Source: an uncultured Geobacteraceae bacterium (GTDB taxonomy: Bacteria; Desulfobacterota; Desulfuromonadia; Desulfuromonadales; Geopsychrobacteraceae). Taken from it: a stretch of DNA of 64,000 nt. The number at the start of each line of letters is the position of its first letter. Position 1 is the stretch's first letter. The notes under the pieces are model-generated. The model saw nothing but the letters and a program-made list of their open reading frames with translations. It was not told the DNA's origin and made no database searches. The position numbers were made by a program, and so were the translations under genes. The stretch is taken from positions 21,367 through 85,366 of the forward strand of contig CALFFB010000009.1 in assembly GCA_937958075.1 (NCBI GenBank), read 5' to 3'. This document shows, in pieces, positions 1-10,845 of this stretch.

Positions 1-774
1 CGCGGTGATCTTATTGTCGACCTTGGTCGTGCCGAGGCAATACTGCCGAATCGCGAACAGGTCCCGCGGGAAAACTACCGCCAGTCGGATCGGGTGCGGG
101 CCTATATTTCCGAAGTGAAAATGTCAGCCAAGGGGCCGCAGATCATCCTTTCCCGAACCCATCCGGGGCTGCTGATTTCCCTGTTCGCCTCCGAGGTGCC
201 GGAGATCGCCGAAGGTATTGTTGAAATCAAAGGCGCGGCACGTGAGCCCGGCAGCCGGGCGAAGATCGCCGTTCTGTCCCATGATGTGGATGTCGATCCG
301 GTGGGGGCCTGTGTCGGCATGCGCGGCTCGCGGGTACAGAATGTGGTCACCGAGTTGCGCGGGGAACGCATCGATATTATCCCCTGGACCCACGATCCGG
401 CCCGCTTCGCCTGTGCCGCTCTGGCGCCGGCTGAGGTGTCCCGCGTCTATATCGACGATGAAGACAAGGCCATGGAGATTATTGTTCCTGATGATCAACT
501 GTCCCTCGCTATTGGTAAAAAGGGGCAGAATGTCCGTCTGGCGGCAAAGTTGATCGGCTGGCGCATCGACATCAAGAGCGAATCGCGGGCCCAGGAAGAA
601 GAGGAAGAACAGGCGCGGATCGAAGAGGCTGCTGAGGATGCCGTGGCCGAAGCTGCTGCCCCTGAGGCGCCGGAAGATACGCCGGTTGTGGACAGCGACG
701 ATGAGCAGGCGGATGAGGTCGGGGCCGAAGCTGAGCCGACCGAAGAAGCGCCTGAACACAAGGATGGAGCTTGA
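1..774 (+). CDS. nusA: Transcription termination/antitermination factor NusA (5' end outside window)
   Basis: Frame 1 is open from base 1 ([36 protein letters not shown]1-like). It continues through KH-type motifs ([14 protein letters not shown]; [13 protein letters not shown]) to a stop at 772-774. Classic position upstream of infB. Confidence 0.95.
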   Translation, partial: RGDLIVDLGRAEAILPNREQVPRENYRQSDRVRAYISEVKMSAKGPQIILSRTHPGLLISLFASEVPEIAEGIVEIKGAAREPGSRAKIAVLSHDVDVDPVGACVGMRGSRVQNVVTELRGERIDIIPWTHDPARFACAALAPAEVSRVYIDDEDKAMEIIVPDDQLSLAIGKKGQNVRLAAKLIGWRIDIKSESRAQEEEEEQARIEEAAEDAVAEAAAPEAPEDTPVVDSDDEQADEVGAEAEPTEEAPEHKDGA

Positions 775-783
775 TCAGGATTG

Positions 784-1383
784 ATGAGGGTCGCAGCGGG
801 AAAATCGCCACAGCGCATGTGTGTGGCCTGTCGCAAAAGTCAGGAGAAAAGCGGGCTTTTACGATTTGTCCTTGATCCTGAGGGGCGCGTTGTGCTCGAT
901 TATCGACAGCAGCTCCCCGGTCGTGGCACCTACACCTGCGTGAGTCCGCACTGCCTGGCAGCAGCAGTCAAAAAGAATGCCTTCCGCAGAACCTACGCCG
1001 ATGCGCTGAAGGCCACCGTGGATGCCGCCGAACTGCAGCAGCAGGCAGCGCGGGCTGTGGAAAAAAGAATTGTCGGGCTGCTGGCGATGGCACGCAAGTC
1101 AGGACAGCTGATTTCGGGTTCCAATCAGGTTCTGGACGGGCTGAAAAAGGCGTCACCACCGGCCCTTGTTGTCATCGCCCGGGATACAGCCGAAGCCATG
1201 ACCGAACGGATCGTTAGCACCGCCCGTCCATTGGCGGTAGCAACAGCGCGCATGTTTGATAAATCAACACTGGGCCGGCTGCTCGGTAAAGAAGAGCGCA
1301 GCGTCGCAGCGGTAATGCCCGGCGCGCTCGCCGATGCGCTGCAGAGTGAATTGTGCAGGTATGAACTGGTAAGGGAGAATTGA
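784..1383 (+). CDS. YlxR (DUF448)-like RNA-binding module fused to L7Ae/YlxQ-like module
   Basis: N-terminal [19 protein letters not shown]...LPGRGTYTC resembles YlxR. C-terminal [23 protein letters not shown]...LVVIARD resembles L7Ae/YlxQ. Lies between nusA and infB, and its stop TGA overlaps the infB ATG. Confidence 0.8.
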   Translation: MRVAAGKSPQRMCVACRKSQEKSGLLRFVLDPEGRVVLDYRQQLPGRGTYTCVSPHCLAAAVKKNAFRRTYADALKATVDAAELQQQAARAVEKRIVGLLAMARKSGQLISGSNQVLDGLKKASPPALVVIARDTAEAMTERIVSTARPLAVATARMFDKSTLGRLLGKEERSVAAVMPGALADALQSELCRYELVREN

Positions 1384-4097
1384 TGGGTAAGGTCAGAGTC
1401 TACGAACTCGCAAAACAGATGGGTCTGGAAAACAAGGAACTGCTGACGCGGCTCGCCGATGCCGGTGTTGAGGCCGCTTCGCACGCCAGCTCCTTAAGTG
1501 ATGAAGATATAAAGAAATTCGAGGCCCATCAGCAGACACCTCATGAAAAGGTAGAAGAGGCTGTCATCAAGCCGGGCCTGATCCGGCGTAGACGCACGGT
1601 CGTCAAGGCGGAACCGGAGTCTGAGGCGGTTTCTGAGCCGGAGTCAAAGGCGGATGCGTCAGCCGACGAACCGCCGGCAGCCGCTGCGCCGGTCAGGGAG
1701 GAAGAGCAAAAGGCCGAGGCTCCGAAACCGGAAGAATCGCCCGTCACTCCAGCCGCACCACCTGCTGCCGCTACCAGGGAGACAGAAGATACCCCGGTTG
1801 CGCCGCCGAAGGCTGAGACCAAAAAGACCGCCGGCGCCGAACCTGTCGCCGAGAAAAAACCGTCATCAGCAGATGCCGGAGTCCCTGCGGCGAAGGAGCC
1901 CAAGGCCGAGGCAGCCGCTCCCGTGGAAGAGGCAACGGGGGACCGTGCCAAGATTCTCGGCCGGGTTGAGTTGCCGACCCAGCGCAGCACCGCGCAGCGG
2001 CGTGAACAGTCCCAGGGGCGTCCGGCGCGTCCGACTTCGCGGCCATCGCGTCCGGACCAGGGGACACAGACCCCGGGCGGCAAGCCCCGGGTACGGCCGG
2101 AAGCTGCACCGGTAGCCGCCATGGAACAGCCCTTGCCGGAGAAGGAAGGGCGGAACAATAAAAAGCGTAAAAAAGGCCGTTATGCCAATGATGCCTTTGA
2201 TCAGGGCGATGGCCATGTTTCCCGTCGCGGTCGCCGGGTTGAGGTCTTTGAGCCCGGTCGCATGGGCCAGAAGAAGAAGCGCGGCAAACAGTCCAAGCAG
2301 ACCCGGCAGACGGAAGTGACCATCAGCAAGGCCATCAAGCGGGTCATCAAGATCAGCGACTCCATCACCGTCGGTGAGCTGGCCAAGCGCATGGGGGTCA
2401 AGGCCAACGAACTCATTGCCGAACTCATGCGTCAGGGCTCGATGGTGACCATCAACCATCCCCTCGATTATGAATCGGCGGCGATTCTAGCATCCGAGTT
2501 CAACTACGAAGTGGAAAATGTGGCTTTTGACGAGGAATCAATCCTTGAAGTCGAGATGCCCAAGGAAAAGGATGCGGCGGAAGATCTGCGTATCCGGCCA
2601 CCGGTGGTGACCATCATGGGCCATGTTGACCACGGTAAAACCAGCCTGCTCGATGCCATTCGGGAAGCGCGGGTCACCGAGGGCGAAGCCGGTGGTATCA
2701 CCCAGCACATCGGTGCCTACGATGTGGAGCTCGACGGGCGCAAGATCACCTTCCTCGATACGCCCGGTCACGAGGCCTTTACGGCCATGCGGGCGCGGGG
2801 TGCCGGGGTAACGGATATCGTCATTCTGGTGGTGGCGGCCGATGACGGGGTGATGCCGCAAACCAAGGAAGCCATCAATCACTCCAAGGCTGCCGGCGTG
2901 CCGATTATCGTCGCCATCAACAAGATAGACAAGCCGGAAGCCAATCCTGACCGGGTCAAGCAGGAGCTGACAGAATTCGAACTGGTGCCGGAAGAGTGGG
3001 GCGGTGAGACCATTTATGTCGAGGTTTCCGCCAAGCAGAAGACAAACCTTGATACCCTGCTGGAGATGATTCTGCTTCAGGCGGAAGTTCTCGAACTGCG
3101 GGCAAATCCCGACAAGCGCGCCAAGGGCTCCATTGTCGAGGCCCGGCTCGATAAAGGGCGCGGACCGGTGGCCACGGTGCTGGTTCAGGACGGGACCCTG
3201 AAGGTTGGTGATTCCATTGTCGCCGGTCTGCATTTCGGTCGTGTACGCTCGATGACAGCGGCCAATGGCGACCAGGTCAAGGAGGCCGGACCATCCTTCC
3301 CCGTTGAGGTGACCGGCCTGGGCGGCGTGCCCGACGCCGGGGATACCTTCCATGCGGTCGAGAATGAAAAAGCTGCCAAGGAGGTTTCCCAGCATCGCCA
3401 GTCAAAGCAACGTGAGATTGATCTGGCCAAGAGCAGCAAGGCCTCCCTTGATCAGCTGTTTGCCCGCATGCAGGAGGGCGCGGTCGAGGAGCTGGCGGTG
3501 ATCATCAAGGCCGATGTTCAGGGTTCTGTCGAAGCGGTTCGTGACGCTCTGGAGAAACTGTCCACTGACAGCTGTCGTCTCAATGTGATCCACACCGGTG
3601 TCGGCGGTATTTCCGAGAGTGATGTAACCCTTGCCACCGCCTCCAACGCCATCGTCCTTGGATTCAACGTCCGTCCTGAAGCCAAGGCGCGAACTCTGGC
3701 GGAAAATGAAACCGTGGATATCCGCCTGTACAGTGTCATCTATGACGCCGTCAATGATATTCACGATGCCATGGAGGGGCTGCTGGCTCCGACCCTCAAG
3801 GAGAAGCAGCTGGGCCATGCTGAAATCCGTGAAACCTTCCATGTGACCCGCGTCGGCACGATTGCCGGTTGCTATGTCACCGACGGCAAGATTGTCCGTA
3901 ACGCCAAGGCTCGACTGGTGCGTGACAATGTCGTTGTCTGGGAAGGAAAACTCAGTTCCCTGAAGCGATTCAAGGATGATGCCCGGGAGGTCACCTCCGG
4001 TTACGAATGCGGTATCGGTCTGGAAAACTACAACGACCTCAAACAGGGTGATGTTATTGAAGCCTTTGAAGTGGAAGAGGTCAAGACTGTCCTCTAG
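1383..4097 (+). CDS. infB: Translation initiation factor IF-2
   Basis: GTPase motifs ([25 protein letters not shown]) and a long Pro/Ala/Glu/Lys-rich N-terminal region. ATG at 1383 overlaps the upstream stop. Confidence 0.97.
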   Translation: MGKVRVYELAKQMGLENKELLTRLADAGVEAASHASSLSDEDIKKFEAHQQTPHEKVEEAVIKPGLIRRRRTVVKAEPESEAVSEPESKADASADEPPAAAAPVREEEQKAEAPKPEESPVTPAAPPAAATRETEDTPVAPPKAETKKTAGAEPVAEKKPSSADAGVPAAKEPKAEAAAPVEEATGDRAKILGRVELPTQRSTAQRREQSQGRPARPTSRPSRPDQGTQTPGGKPRVRPEAAPVAAMEQPLPEKEGRNNKKRKKGRYANDAFDQGDGHVSRRGRRVEVFEPGRMGQKKKRGKQSKQTRQTEVTISKAIKRVIKISDSITVGELAKRMGVKANELIAELMRQGSMVTINHPLDYESAAILASEFNYEVENVAFDEESILEVEMPKEKDAAEDLRIRPPVVTIMGHVDHGKTSLLDAIREARVTEGEAGGITQHIGAYDVELDGRKITFLDTPGHEAFTAMRARGAGVTDIVILVVAADDGVMPQTKEAINHSKAAGVPIIVAINKIDKPEANPDRVKQELTEFELVPEEWGGETIYVEVSAKQKTNLDTLLEMILLQAEVLELRANPDKRAKGSIVEARLDKGRGPVATVLVQDGTLKVGDSIVAGLHFGRVRSMTAANGDQVKEAGPSFPVEVTGLGGVPDAGDTFHAVENEKAAKEVSQHRQSKQREIDLAKSSKASLDQLFARMQEGAVEELAVIIKADVQGSVEAVRDALEKLSTDSCRLNVIHTGVGGISESDVTLATASNAIVLGFNVRPEAKARTLAENETVDIRLYSVIYDAVNDIHDAMEGLLAPTLKEKQLGHAEIRETFHVTRVGTIAGCYVTDGKIVRNAKARLVRDNVVVWEGKLSSLKRFKDDAREVTSGYECGIGLENYNDLKQGDVIEAFEVEEVKTVL

Positions 4098-4115
4098 GTA
4101 CGCCCCGGGGTCGGC

Positions 4116-4415
4116 ATGATCGTCGGTGTGTTGCGACTTGATATCCGGCTGCATGCAGCATCGGAGCTCAAACAGAAGCGTTCCCAGGTGAAACGGTTGT
4201 TGAACCGGATCAGGGCCGACTATCCGGTGTCTGCAGCTGAGGTCGGTCATCAGGATCTACTGCAGCGCAGTCTCATCGGTATCAGTCTGGTGTCAACCAG
4301 CGAAAAGCTGATCAGTGCGGTTTTTGCACGAATTGAAGAGCAGGTTGAAATGACAGGGATGAACATCATCGCTGCCGACCTTGAATACAGCCATTACGGA
4401 GATGATGTCCAGTGA
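4116..4415 (+). CDS. DUF503 (YlxP-like) protein
   Basis: 99-aa ORF between infB and rbfA, the usual position of ylxP. The sequence VLRLDIRLHAASELKQKRSQVKRLLNRIR is typical of DUF503. Confidence 0.75.
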   Translation: MIVGVLRLDIRLHAASELKQKRSQVKRLLNRIRADYPVSAAEVGHQDLLQRSLIGISLVSTSEKLISAVFARIEEQVEMTGMNIIAADLEYSHYGDDVQ

Positions 4416-4774
4416 GCAGCTTTCGCCCGGAACGGGTTGCCGAACAGATTCATCAGGAAGCAACACAGTTGGTGTTGCACCGGATAAAAGACCCCCGGGT
4501 TGCCGGTGTGACCTTGACCGGCGTCAGGGTGTCACGGGATTTGAGCCTGGCCCGCATCTACTTTACCGTGACCGATCTGGATACCCTTGATGCAGCGCAA
4601 CGCGGCCTGAAAAGCGCCGCACCCTTTATCCGCCGCGAATTGAGTCAGATCATGCGGCTGCGTTATACCCCCGAGATCAAATTCCAGTTTGATGAGTCGG
4701 TCAGCCGTGGCCAGCGCATCGAGGAATTACTGCGTCAGGCCGGAGTGCAGGGGGAAGATCAGGATGCTGAGTGA
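4412..4774 (+). CDS. rbfA: Ribosome-binding factor A
   Basis: RPERVAEQIHQEATQLVLHRIKDPRV...VRVSRDLSLARIYF matches the RbfA pattern. GTG start overlaps the DUF503 stop (GTGA). Confidence 0.9.
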   Translation: MSSFRPERVAEQIHQEATQLVLHRIKDPRVAGVTLTGVRVSRDLSLARIYFTVTDLDTLDAAQRGLKSAAPFIRRELSQIMRLRYTPEIKFQFDESVSRGQRIEELLRQAGVQGEDQDAE

Positions 4775-5714
4775 GATTGTCAAGGCCCTGAGCACAGCCA
4801 ATTCCGTACTGGTCGCCGCCCATGAAAGTCCGGACGGCGATGCCATTGGCTCAACCCTGGCACTGGGTCTGGCGTTGCGCGAAATGGGCAAAGAGGTCGT
4901 GATCTGTAACGTGGATGGTGTCCCCGATATCCTGTCTTTTCTGCCGGGGAGCGATCTGGTTCAGACGGCTGTCGCCGACTCCGCCCGCTTTGATCTGGGC
5001 TTTCTGCTGGATGCCGGGGAGTTGCGTCGCGCCGGGTTTGCCATGGAGAATCATTGCGCAACCCTGGTCAACATGGATCATCACCCCCATTCCGATTATG
5101 GTGATATCCGTTACGTTGATACCGGTGCCAGCGCCACGGCGGTGCTGATCTACCGTCTGCTGCTGGCCTGCGAGCACCCGTTGAGCCTCAATGTCGCAAA
5201 GGCGCTCTATGTTGGTCTGATCTCCGATACCGGGTCATTCCGTTACTCGAGCGCCAATCGTGAAGCCTTTACTGTGGCTGGAGAACTGGTCGATATCGGT
5301 GTTGATCCCTGGGATGTCGCCAGCCATCTGTATGAAAGCTACCCGCTGAAACGGATGCAGCTCCTCGGTCGGGTACTGGCCTCCCTGGATGTGTCTGCTT
5401 GCGGCCGGTATGCCTCCGTCGCACTACTGCAGGACGACCTGCGTCAGGTTGGTGCCGATATGGAGCTTTCAGACGGTTTTGTCAACTATCCGCGGGCCAT
5501 CAAGGGGGTTGAGGTGGCCCTGTTTATTCGTCAGCAGCAGGACAATGTTTATCAGTTCAGCTTTCGCTCCCGAGGAACCATCGACGTTGGTTCCCTCGCC
5601 AGATCCCTTGGCGGGGGCGGCCATCACAACGCCGCCGGAGCCAAGATTGAAGCTGCTACCTGTGCTGCTGCCCGCACTATTGCCTACCACCACCTTGACC
5701 GCCTTCTGAGCTGA
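4764..5714 (+). CDS. nrnA: DHH/DHHA1 phosphoesterase (NrnA-type oligoribonuclease / pAp phosphatase)
   Basis: DHH motifs (HESPDGDAIGS, NMDHHPH) and DHHA1 motif (GGGGHHNAAGA). Start placed at the internal ATG (MLSEIVKAL), because the longer ORF from 4689 would overlap rbfA by 86 nt. Confidence 0.85.
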   Translation: MLSEIVKALSTANSVLVAAHESPDGDAIGSTLALGLALREMGKEVVICNVDGVPDILSFLPGSDLVQTAVADSARFDLGFLLDAGELRRAGFAMENHCATLVNMDHHPHSDYGDIRYVDTGASATAVLIYRLLLACEHPLSLNVAKALYVGLISDTGSFRYSSANREAFTVAGELVDIGVDPWDVASHLYESYPLKRMQLLGRVLASLDVSACGRYASVALLQDDLRQVGADMELSDGFVNYPRAIKGVEVALFIRQQQDNVYQFSFRSRGTIDVGSLARSLGGGGHHNAAGAKIEAATCAAARTIAYHHLDRLLS

Positions 5715-5721
5715 TTCTTTC

Positions 5722-6624
5722 GTGCACGGAATTCTTCTCGTCGACAAACCCCGGGGCCTGACTTCCCATGATGTGGTTCGCAAAATCAGGCAACTGTACC
5801 GAACGCGCAAGGTCGGACATGCCGGGACCCTTGATCCTTTGGCGACGGGCGTACTGGTGGTGGCTGTCGGCGACGGGACGAAGATCCTGCAGTTTCTCTT
5901 TGACGATACCAAGAGCTATCGGGCGACCTTGCGCCTGGGGGTGGCAACGGATACCTTTGATGCCGATGGCCAGGTTCTGGCAACCAGAGAGGTCCCCCCC
6001 CTGGATATGGACAAAATAAACGCTGCCTGCAGGCCATTTCGTGGCGTGATCGAACAGTTGCCGCCCATGTATTCGGCGTTGAAACACCAGGGCGTGCCCC
6101 TGTACGAACTGGCCAGAAAAGGACAGGAAATAGAGCGTCAGGCACGGCAGATCTGTATTTCACGGCTGAATGTCTGTAGTTACTCCGCTCCTGAGCTGAC
6201 GATTGAGGTTGATTGTTCCAAGGGCACCTATATCCGCTCGTTGGCTTCGGATCTAGGTGACGGGCTGGGGTGCGGCGCTCATCTCACTGCTTTGCGGCGC
6301 CTGCGCAGTGGCGTCTTTAGCCTGGAAAACTGTTATACCCTTGAGCAGCTGCGACAGCTGGAACAGCCGGCGGCTGCTTTGATCCCCCTGCCTGAAGCCC
6401 TTGGGGCTTTTGCCGTCGTCTATCCTGATGTCGCGGCGGTGCAGGACCTGGGGCACGGTATCCCCCCGCAACGGACATCCTGTCAACTGCCCGACGGCCT
6501 CCAGCCCGGCGATCTGGTGCGCCTGCAGCAGGATCGGCAGCTCCTCGCCGTGGCTCGCTACCAGCCTGATCGGAGAAGAGAAAAGCGCGGAGATTTCGAA
6601 TTGATACGAGTGTTCGCCGGGTAG
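5722..6624 (+). CDS. truB: tRNA pseudouridine(55) synthase TruB
   Basis: HGILLVDKPRGLTSHDVV...GHAGTLDPLATGVLVV is the TruB catalytic-Asp motif. Conserved position after rbfA. Confidence 0.93.
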   Translation: MHGILLVDKPRGLTSHDVVRKIRQLYRTRKVGHAGTLDPLATGVLVVAVGDGTKILQFLFDDTKSYRATLRLGVATDTFDADGQVLATREVPPLDMDKINAACRPFRGVIEQLPPMYSALKHQGVPLYELARKGQEIERQARQICISRLNVCSYSAPELTIEVDCSKGTYIRSLASDLGDGLGCGAHLTALRRLRSGVFSLENCYTLEQLRQLEQPAAALIPLPEALGAFAVVYPDVAAVQDLGHGIPPQRTSCQLPDGLQPGDLVRLQQDRQLLAVARYQPDRRREKRGDFELIRVFAG

Positions 6625-6744
6625 GTGGACAACGCGAATAAGCCTTTACATGGTCATTTTACCTGTGGTAGAAACCGCAGACGACCAAAATATACTTAAC
6701 AGCCACGCCACTGGCTTAATGAACACAACAAAAAGGAGAATGCA

Positions 6745-7011
6745 GTGCTGGGTACAGAACGTAAACAGGAAATTATCAACGAGTACAAACGTCACGAAGG
6801 TGACACCGGATCGCCGGAGGTGCAGATCGCTATTTTGACCGAGCGTATCAACTATCTGACCGATCATTTCAAGACCCACAAGAAAGATCATCATTCCCGT
6901 CGCGGCCTGTTGAAGATGGTCGGCCAGCGTCGTCGCCTGCTGAACTATCTGATCAAGCAGGATGTCGAACGTTATCGCAGTCTGATCAAGGCCCTCGGCC
7001 TGCGGCGTTAG
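6745..7011 (+). CDS. rpsO: 30S ribosomal protein S15
   Basis: 88 aa with [40 protein letters not shown] 8 nt upstream of the GTG start. Confidence 0.95.
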   Translation: MLGTERKQEIINEYKRHEGDTGSPEVQIAILTERINYLTDHFKTHKKDHHSRRGLLKMVGQRRRLLNYLIKQDVERYRSLIKALGLRR

Positions 7012-7017
7012 TTAGCG

Positions 7018-7056
7018 GCGCAGGGCGGCTCCCTTGATAAAACAGCCGCCCTGCGC
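7018..7056 (+). terminator. rpsO-distal 13-bp hairpin (terminator / processing site)
   Basis: gcgcagggcggct (7018-7030) pairs perfectly with agccgccctgcgc (7044-7056) around a 13-nt loop. It starts 7 nt after the rpsO stop. No clear T-run follows. Confidence 0.45.
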
Positions 7057-7070
7057 ACAGTGTTCATCAT

Positions 7071-7128
7071 GGAGGTTGTCCGGAGAGAAGGCCCGGTGAT
7101 CATCGGGTCTTGTCTCAGGCCATCCTCC
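7071..7128 (+). promoter_or_regulatory. Long imperfect hairpin in the pnp leader (candidate RNase III / PNPase autoregulation site)
   Basis: 7071-7095 pairs with 7103-7128, about 20 of 25 positions including one G-U, with a 7-nt loop. TTTTATTATC follows, and it lies 64 nt upstream of the pnp ATG. Confidence 0.45.
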
Positions 7129-7191
7129 TTTTATTATCAACCTAACAAATGATGAACCGGTCGTTGCCGGTCATCACCAAGGAGATGAAGC

Positions 7192-9291
7192 ATGGCTTAC
7201 CACAGAGTAGAAATTCCTTTTAACGGTCAACCCTTTATTATCGAAACCGGCAAGGTTGCCCGGCAGGCCGATGGCGCTGTCATCGTCACCTACGGCGAGA
7301 CCAAGGTACTCTGTACCGCCGTTTCCAGCCGCTCCATGCGCGAAGGGCAGGACTTTTTCCCCCTGACCGTCAACTATTCAGAAAAATTCTATGCCAGTGG
7401 CAAGATTCCCGGTTCCTTTTTCCGTCGTGAGCGGGGTGCCAGCGAGCGCGAAACCCTGATCTGTCGTTTGATCGATCGCCCCATGCGGCCACTGTTTCCC
7501 AACGGTTACCTGTTTGAAACCCAGATTATGCCGACGGTGATTTCCGCTGATCTGGTTAATGATCCTGATACGCTGGCCATGGTTGCCGCCTCGGCCTGTG
7601 TCGAAGTGTCCGATATTCCCTTTGAAGGTCCAATTGCGGCGGTGCGGGTCGGTCGCGTCGAGGGTGAGCTGGTGGCCAACCCGACCCTGGAACAGATGCA
7701 GGTCAGTGATGTCGAACTGGTGGTTGCCGGTTCCCGCGATGCCATCATGATGGTCGAAGGGGAATCAAAATTCTTAAGCGAAGACGAGATGCTTGAAGCC
7801 GTTTTCTTCGGTCATCAGGCGCTGCAGCCCCTCATCGATGTGCAGCTTGAGCTGGCTCGACTGGTCGGCAAGGAAAAACGCGCTTTTGAACCGCCTCAGA
7901 AGGATCCGGAGCTGGCGCAAAAGGTGGCTGATCTGGCGGAAAAGAAGATTCAGGACGCCGTCAAGATCCAGGTCAAGCAGGACCGCTACGCCGCCCTCGC
8001 CGAGATACGCAAAGAGGTCAAAGAGCAGCTGGCCGTTGAATTCGAAGGTCGTGAAGGTGAAGTATCCGGGGCTCTGGGTTCTCTGGAAAAGACGGTCGTG
8101 CGCCGGATGGTCACCAAGGATCGTATCCGCATTGACGGCCGTGGCATGGCGGACATCCGCCCCATCAGCTGCGAGGTCGGGGTGCTGCCCCGGGCACACG
8201 GCAGCGCCCTGTTTACCCGCGGCGAGACGCAGGCTCTGGTGACGACGACCCTGGGAACTTCATCCGACGAACAGCGGATGGATAACATCCAGGGGATGGA
8301 GTTCAAGAAGTTCATGCTTCATTACAACTTCCCCCCGTTCTGCGTTGGCGAAACCAGTATGCGGCTGTTCCCTGGTCGTCGCGAAATCGGCCACGGCATG
8401 CTGGCCGAACGCAGTGCCGCCCAGGTTCTTCCGCAGCATGAGGACTTCCCCTATACCATCCGCATTGTTTCGGAGATTCTTGAGTCCAACGGCTCATCGT
8501 CCATGGCTTCGGTGTGTGGTGCCTCCATGGCGCTGATGGACGCCGGGGTACCGGTGACGGAACCCATTGCCGGTATCGCCATGGGGCTGATCAAGGAAGG
8601 GGAGGATGTTGCGGTTCTGTCTGACATCCTTGGTGATGAAGATCACTTAGGTGATATGGATTTCAAGGTTACCGGTACCGAGCGCGGCATTACCGCGTTG
8701 CAGATGGACATCAAGATTTCCGGCGTTACTCGGGAAATCATGCAGCAGGCCCTCGAACAGGCCAGAGCCGGTCGCGTCCATATCCTGGGCGAAATGGCCA
8801 AGGCGATTGCCGCGCCCCGCAGCGAACTGTCACAGCACGCGCCCCAGATCACCAGTATCAAGGTCAAGCAGGATCAGGTGCGGACAGTCATCGGTTCCGG
8901 TGGTAAAAATATCCGTGGTATCATCGAGGTCACCGGTTGTTCCATCGACATCCAGGATGACGGTACCATTCATATCGCATCAGCGGATGGAAATGCTGCC
9001 AAACTGGCTATTAAAATGATCCGTGATCTGACTCAGGAAGCGGAAGTGGATAAGCTTTATATGGGTAAAGTCAGGAAGATCATGGAGTTCGGTGCCTTTG
9101 TGGAAATCTTCCCCGGTACCGACGGCCTGATTCATGTGTCCGAATTGGCCAATGAGCGCGTAAAAAATGTGACCGACGTCCTGCAGGAAGGGGATGAGGT
9201 GCTCGTCAAGTGTATCGGCGTTGATCGTCAGGGCAAGATCAAGCTGTCACGCAAAGCAGCTATCGGTATGAGCATGCCGGAAGCAGAATAA
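7192..9291 (+). CDS. pnp: Polyribonucleotide nucleotidyltransferase (PNPase)
   Basis: 699 aa with two RNase PH-like halves, then KH ([12 protein letters not shown]) and S1 ([15 protein letters not shown]) domains. AAGGAG RBS. Confidence 0.97.
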   Translation: MAYHRVEIPFNGQPFIIETGKVARQADGAVIVTYGETKVLCTAVSSRSMREGQDFFPLTVNYSEKFYASGKIPGSFFRRERGASERETLICRLIDRPMRPLFPNGYLFETQIMPTVISADLVNDPDTLAMVAASACVEVSDIPFEGPIAAVRVGRVEGELVANPTLEQMQVSDVELVVAGSRDAIMMVEGESKFLSEDEMLEAVFFGHQALQPLIDVQLELARLVGKEKRAFEPPQKDPELAQKVADLAEKKIQDAVKIQVKQDRYAALAEIRKEVKEQLAVEFEGREGEVSGALGSLEKTVVRRMVTKDRIRIDGRGMADIRPISCEVGVLPRAHGSALFTRGETQALVTTTLGTSSDEQRMDNIQGMEFKKFMLHYNFPPFCVGETSMRLFPGRREIGHGMLAERSAAQVLPQHEDFPYTIRIVSEILESNGSSSMASVCGASMALMDAGVPVTEPIAGIAMGLIKEGEDVAVLSDILGDEDHLGDMDFKVTGTERGITALQMDIKISGVTREIMQQALEQARAGRVHILGEMAKAIAAPRSELSQHAPQITSIKVKQDQVRTVIGSGGKNIRGIIEVTGCSIDIQDDGTIHIASADGNAAKLAIKMIRDLTQEAEVDKLYMGKVRKIMEFGAFVEIFPGTDGLIHVSELANERVKNVTDVLQEGDEVLVKCIGVDRQGKIKLSRKAAIGMSMPEAE

Positions 9292-9329
9292 TCATATTGC
9301 CTTTGTTTCAGTAGGACAATCATGACAAG

Positions 9330-9365
9330 CGATGGCCGTGAAGAGGTAACTTTTTACGGCCATCG
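9330..9365 (+). terminator. Hairpin downstream of pnp
   Basis: cgatggccgt (9330-9339) pairs perfectly with acggccatcg (9356-9365) around a 16-nt loop. The following T-run is weak. Confidence 0.35.
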
Positions 9366-9393
9366 TTCGTTGCAGCCATTTAAAGTACAGGTG

Positions 9394-9858
9394 ATGTCGG
9401 CAATGAAAGAGGACATACAGATTCACATCAAAAAACTCAGGGAGGGCGCGCAAATTCCTGCGTATATGACAGAACACGCGGCCGGTATGGATATCCATGC
9501 TCTGCCGGATACGCCGGTCTGCCTGGAGCCGGGTGAGCGGGCGCTGGTCCCCACGGGCCTGGCCGTGGCGATTCCCCACGGTTTTGAAATCCAGGTGCGG
9601 CCACGCTCAGGTCTGGCCCTTAAGCAGGGTATTGCCCTGGTCAATTCTCCGGGAACCATTGATGCCGATTACCGGGGGGAGATCGGGGTGATCCTCATCA
9701 ACCACGGCAATGAAAGCTTCACTGTCAATCCTGGTGATCGCATTGCCCAGTTGATTGTCGCGCCCGTGACACGTGGTCGATTTGTTGAGGTTGCAGAACT
9801 GAATACGACAGCGCGCGGTGCGGGTGGCTTCGGCCATACCGGTGTGTCCGGGGCGTAA
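9394..9858 (+). CDS. dut: dUTP diphosphatase
   Basis: [26 protein letters not shown] and [10 protein letters not shown] motifs. Start is ATG 9394 or 9403; the longer ORF from 9322 would run through the pnp-distal hairpin. Confidence 0.92.
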   Translation: MSAMKEDIQIHIKKLREGAQIPAYMTEHAAGMDIHALPDTPVCLEPGERALVPTGLAVAIPHGFEIQVRPRSGLALKQGIALVNSPGTIDADYRGEIGVILINHGNESFTVNPGDRIAQLIVAPVTRGRFVEVAELNTTARGAGGFGHTGVSGA

Positions 9859-9859
9859 C

Positions 9860-10129
9860 ATGACCGACAAAGACCCCAGGGATCTGCTTGAATTTCCCTG
9901 TGATTATCAGTTCAAAGCCATCGGCGCTGCGGGTGAGCGCTTCCGCCGGGATGTCTGTACCGTGGTGAGTCGCCATGCCGACGCAGCAAACGAGGCCGTC
10001 AACTGGCAGGAGAGTCGACACGGCAATTATCAGTCCGTTTCCCTGCGCGTCACCCTCCAGAGTTATGAGCAGATGACTCTCATCTATGCTGAGCTGAAAA
10101 CGCTTGACGGGCTGAAGATGCTGCTGTAG
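9860..10129 (+). CDS. YbeD-like DUF493 protein
   Basis: 89 aa. LEFPCDYQFKAIG....SVSLRVTLQSYEQMTLIYAELKTLDGLKML is the typical YbeD family pattern. Confidence 0.75.
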   Translation: MTDKDPRDLLEFPCDYQFKAIGAAGERFRRDVCTVVSRHADAANEAVNWQESRHGNYQSVSLRVTLQSYEQMTLIYAELKTLDGLKMLL

Positions 10130-10184
10130 GCAGTGTTTTCAGCTCTGACAACCTAGAATAATCATGTCAACAAGGAGTTCTGTC

Positions 10185-10799
10185 ATGTTGCTGGCGATTA
10201 ACACGCAAAATCCGCAACCTCGATTGATTGCCCAGGTCGTTGACTGCTTGCGTCAAGGCGGGGTGATCATCTATCCGACGGACACCACCTACGGTATCGG
10301 ATGCGATATTTTTAATAAAAAAGCGGTCAAAAAGATTTTTCAGATCAAGCAGCGCGATCAGCGCAAGCCCTTTTCCTTTATCTGCAGCGATCTGGCCGAA
10401 ATCTCCAGTTATGCCCAGGTCAGCAATTTTGCCTTCAAGATTATGAAGCGCTATCTGCCCGGGCCCTATACCTTTGTTCTTGAAGCATCGAAGGTCGTGC
10501 CGGAATCCTTAAGTACCCGTCAGAAAACAGTAGGGGTTCGTATTCCCGATGACCCCATCTGTCAGGCCATAGTTCGGGAACTCGGTCAGCCTCTGGTGAC
10601 CACCAGCGCCAATATATCCGGCGAGAAAACTCCGGCGGATCCTTATGAAATTCATCAGAAAATGGGAAATTTGGTTGATATGGTTATCGATGGCGGAATT
10701 CTGATGGATGAAGCGTCAACGGTGATCAGTCTGATCAATGACGAAATTGACGTGCTGCGGCAGGGTGCGGGCAGTACCTCGTGGATTGAGCAGCCGTAA
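10185..10799 (+). CDS. tsaC: L-threonylcarbamoyladenylate synthase (YrdC/TsaC family)
   Basis: GGVIIYPTDTTYGIGCD, RKPFSFICSD, LPGPYTFVL and VGVRIPD motifs. AAGGAG lies 7 nt before ATG 10185. Confidence 0.85.
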   Translation: MLLAINTQNPQPRLIAQVVDCLRQGGVIIYPTDTTYGIGCDIFNKKAVKKIFQIKQRDQRKPFSFICSDLAEISSYAQVSNFAFKIMKRYLPGPYTFVLEASKVVPESLSTRQKTVGVRIPDDPICQAIVRELGQPLVTTSANISGEKTPADPYEIHQKMGNLVDMVIDGGILMDEASTVISLINDEIDVLRQGAGSTSWIEQP

Positions 10800-10804
10800 T
10801 AAAA

Positions 10805-10842
10805 TGAAAAAACCGACTGATTATTTCAGTCGGTTTTTTTTT
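10805..10842. terminator. Bidirectional intrinsic terminator (tsaC / tRNA-Leu)
   Basis: aaccgactga (10811-10820) pairs with tcagtcggtt (10826-10835) around a 5-nt loop. An A-run lies upstream and T-run 10836-10842 downstream. Confidence 0.7.
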
Positions 10843-10845
10843 GAC

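Noticed and set aside
4689-4763. N-terminal extensions offered by the ORF track for nrnA (4689), dut (9322), ybeD (9818), tsaC (10164), secG (to 11555), the XRE regulators (11590, 12144), hup (20636), the ANTAR regulator (to 22116), thiE (to 28629), thiF (to 31541), yggT (33386), fmdB (37117), ftsX (41371), xseA (45716), ispA (47349), the SDR (52407) and tlyA (54327).
   Set aside because: In each case an internal start has a Shine-Dalgarno sequence at proper spacing and matches the usual family N-terminus. The extension would overlap the upstream gene, a terminator hairpin or the riboswitch. Shorter coordinates are reported in the features.
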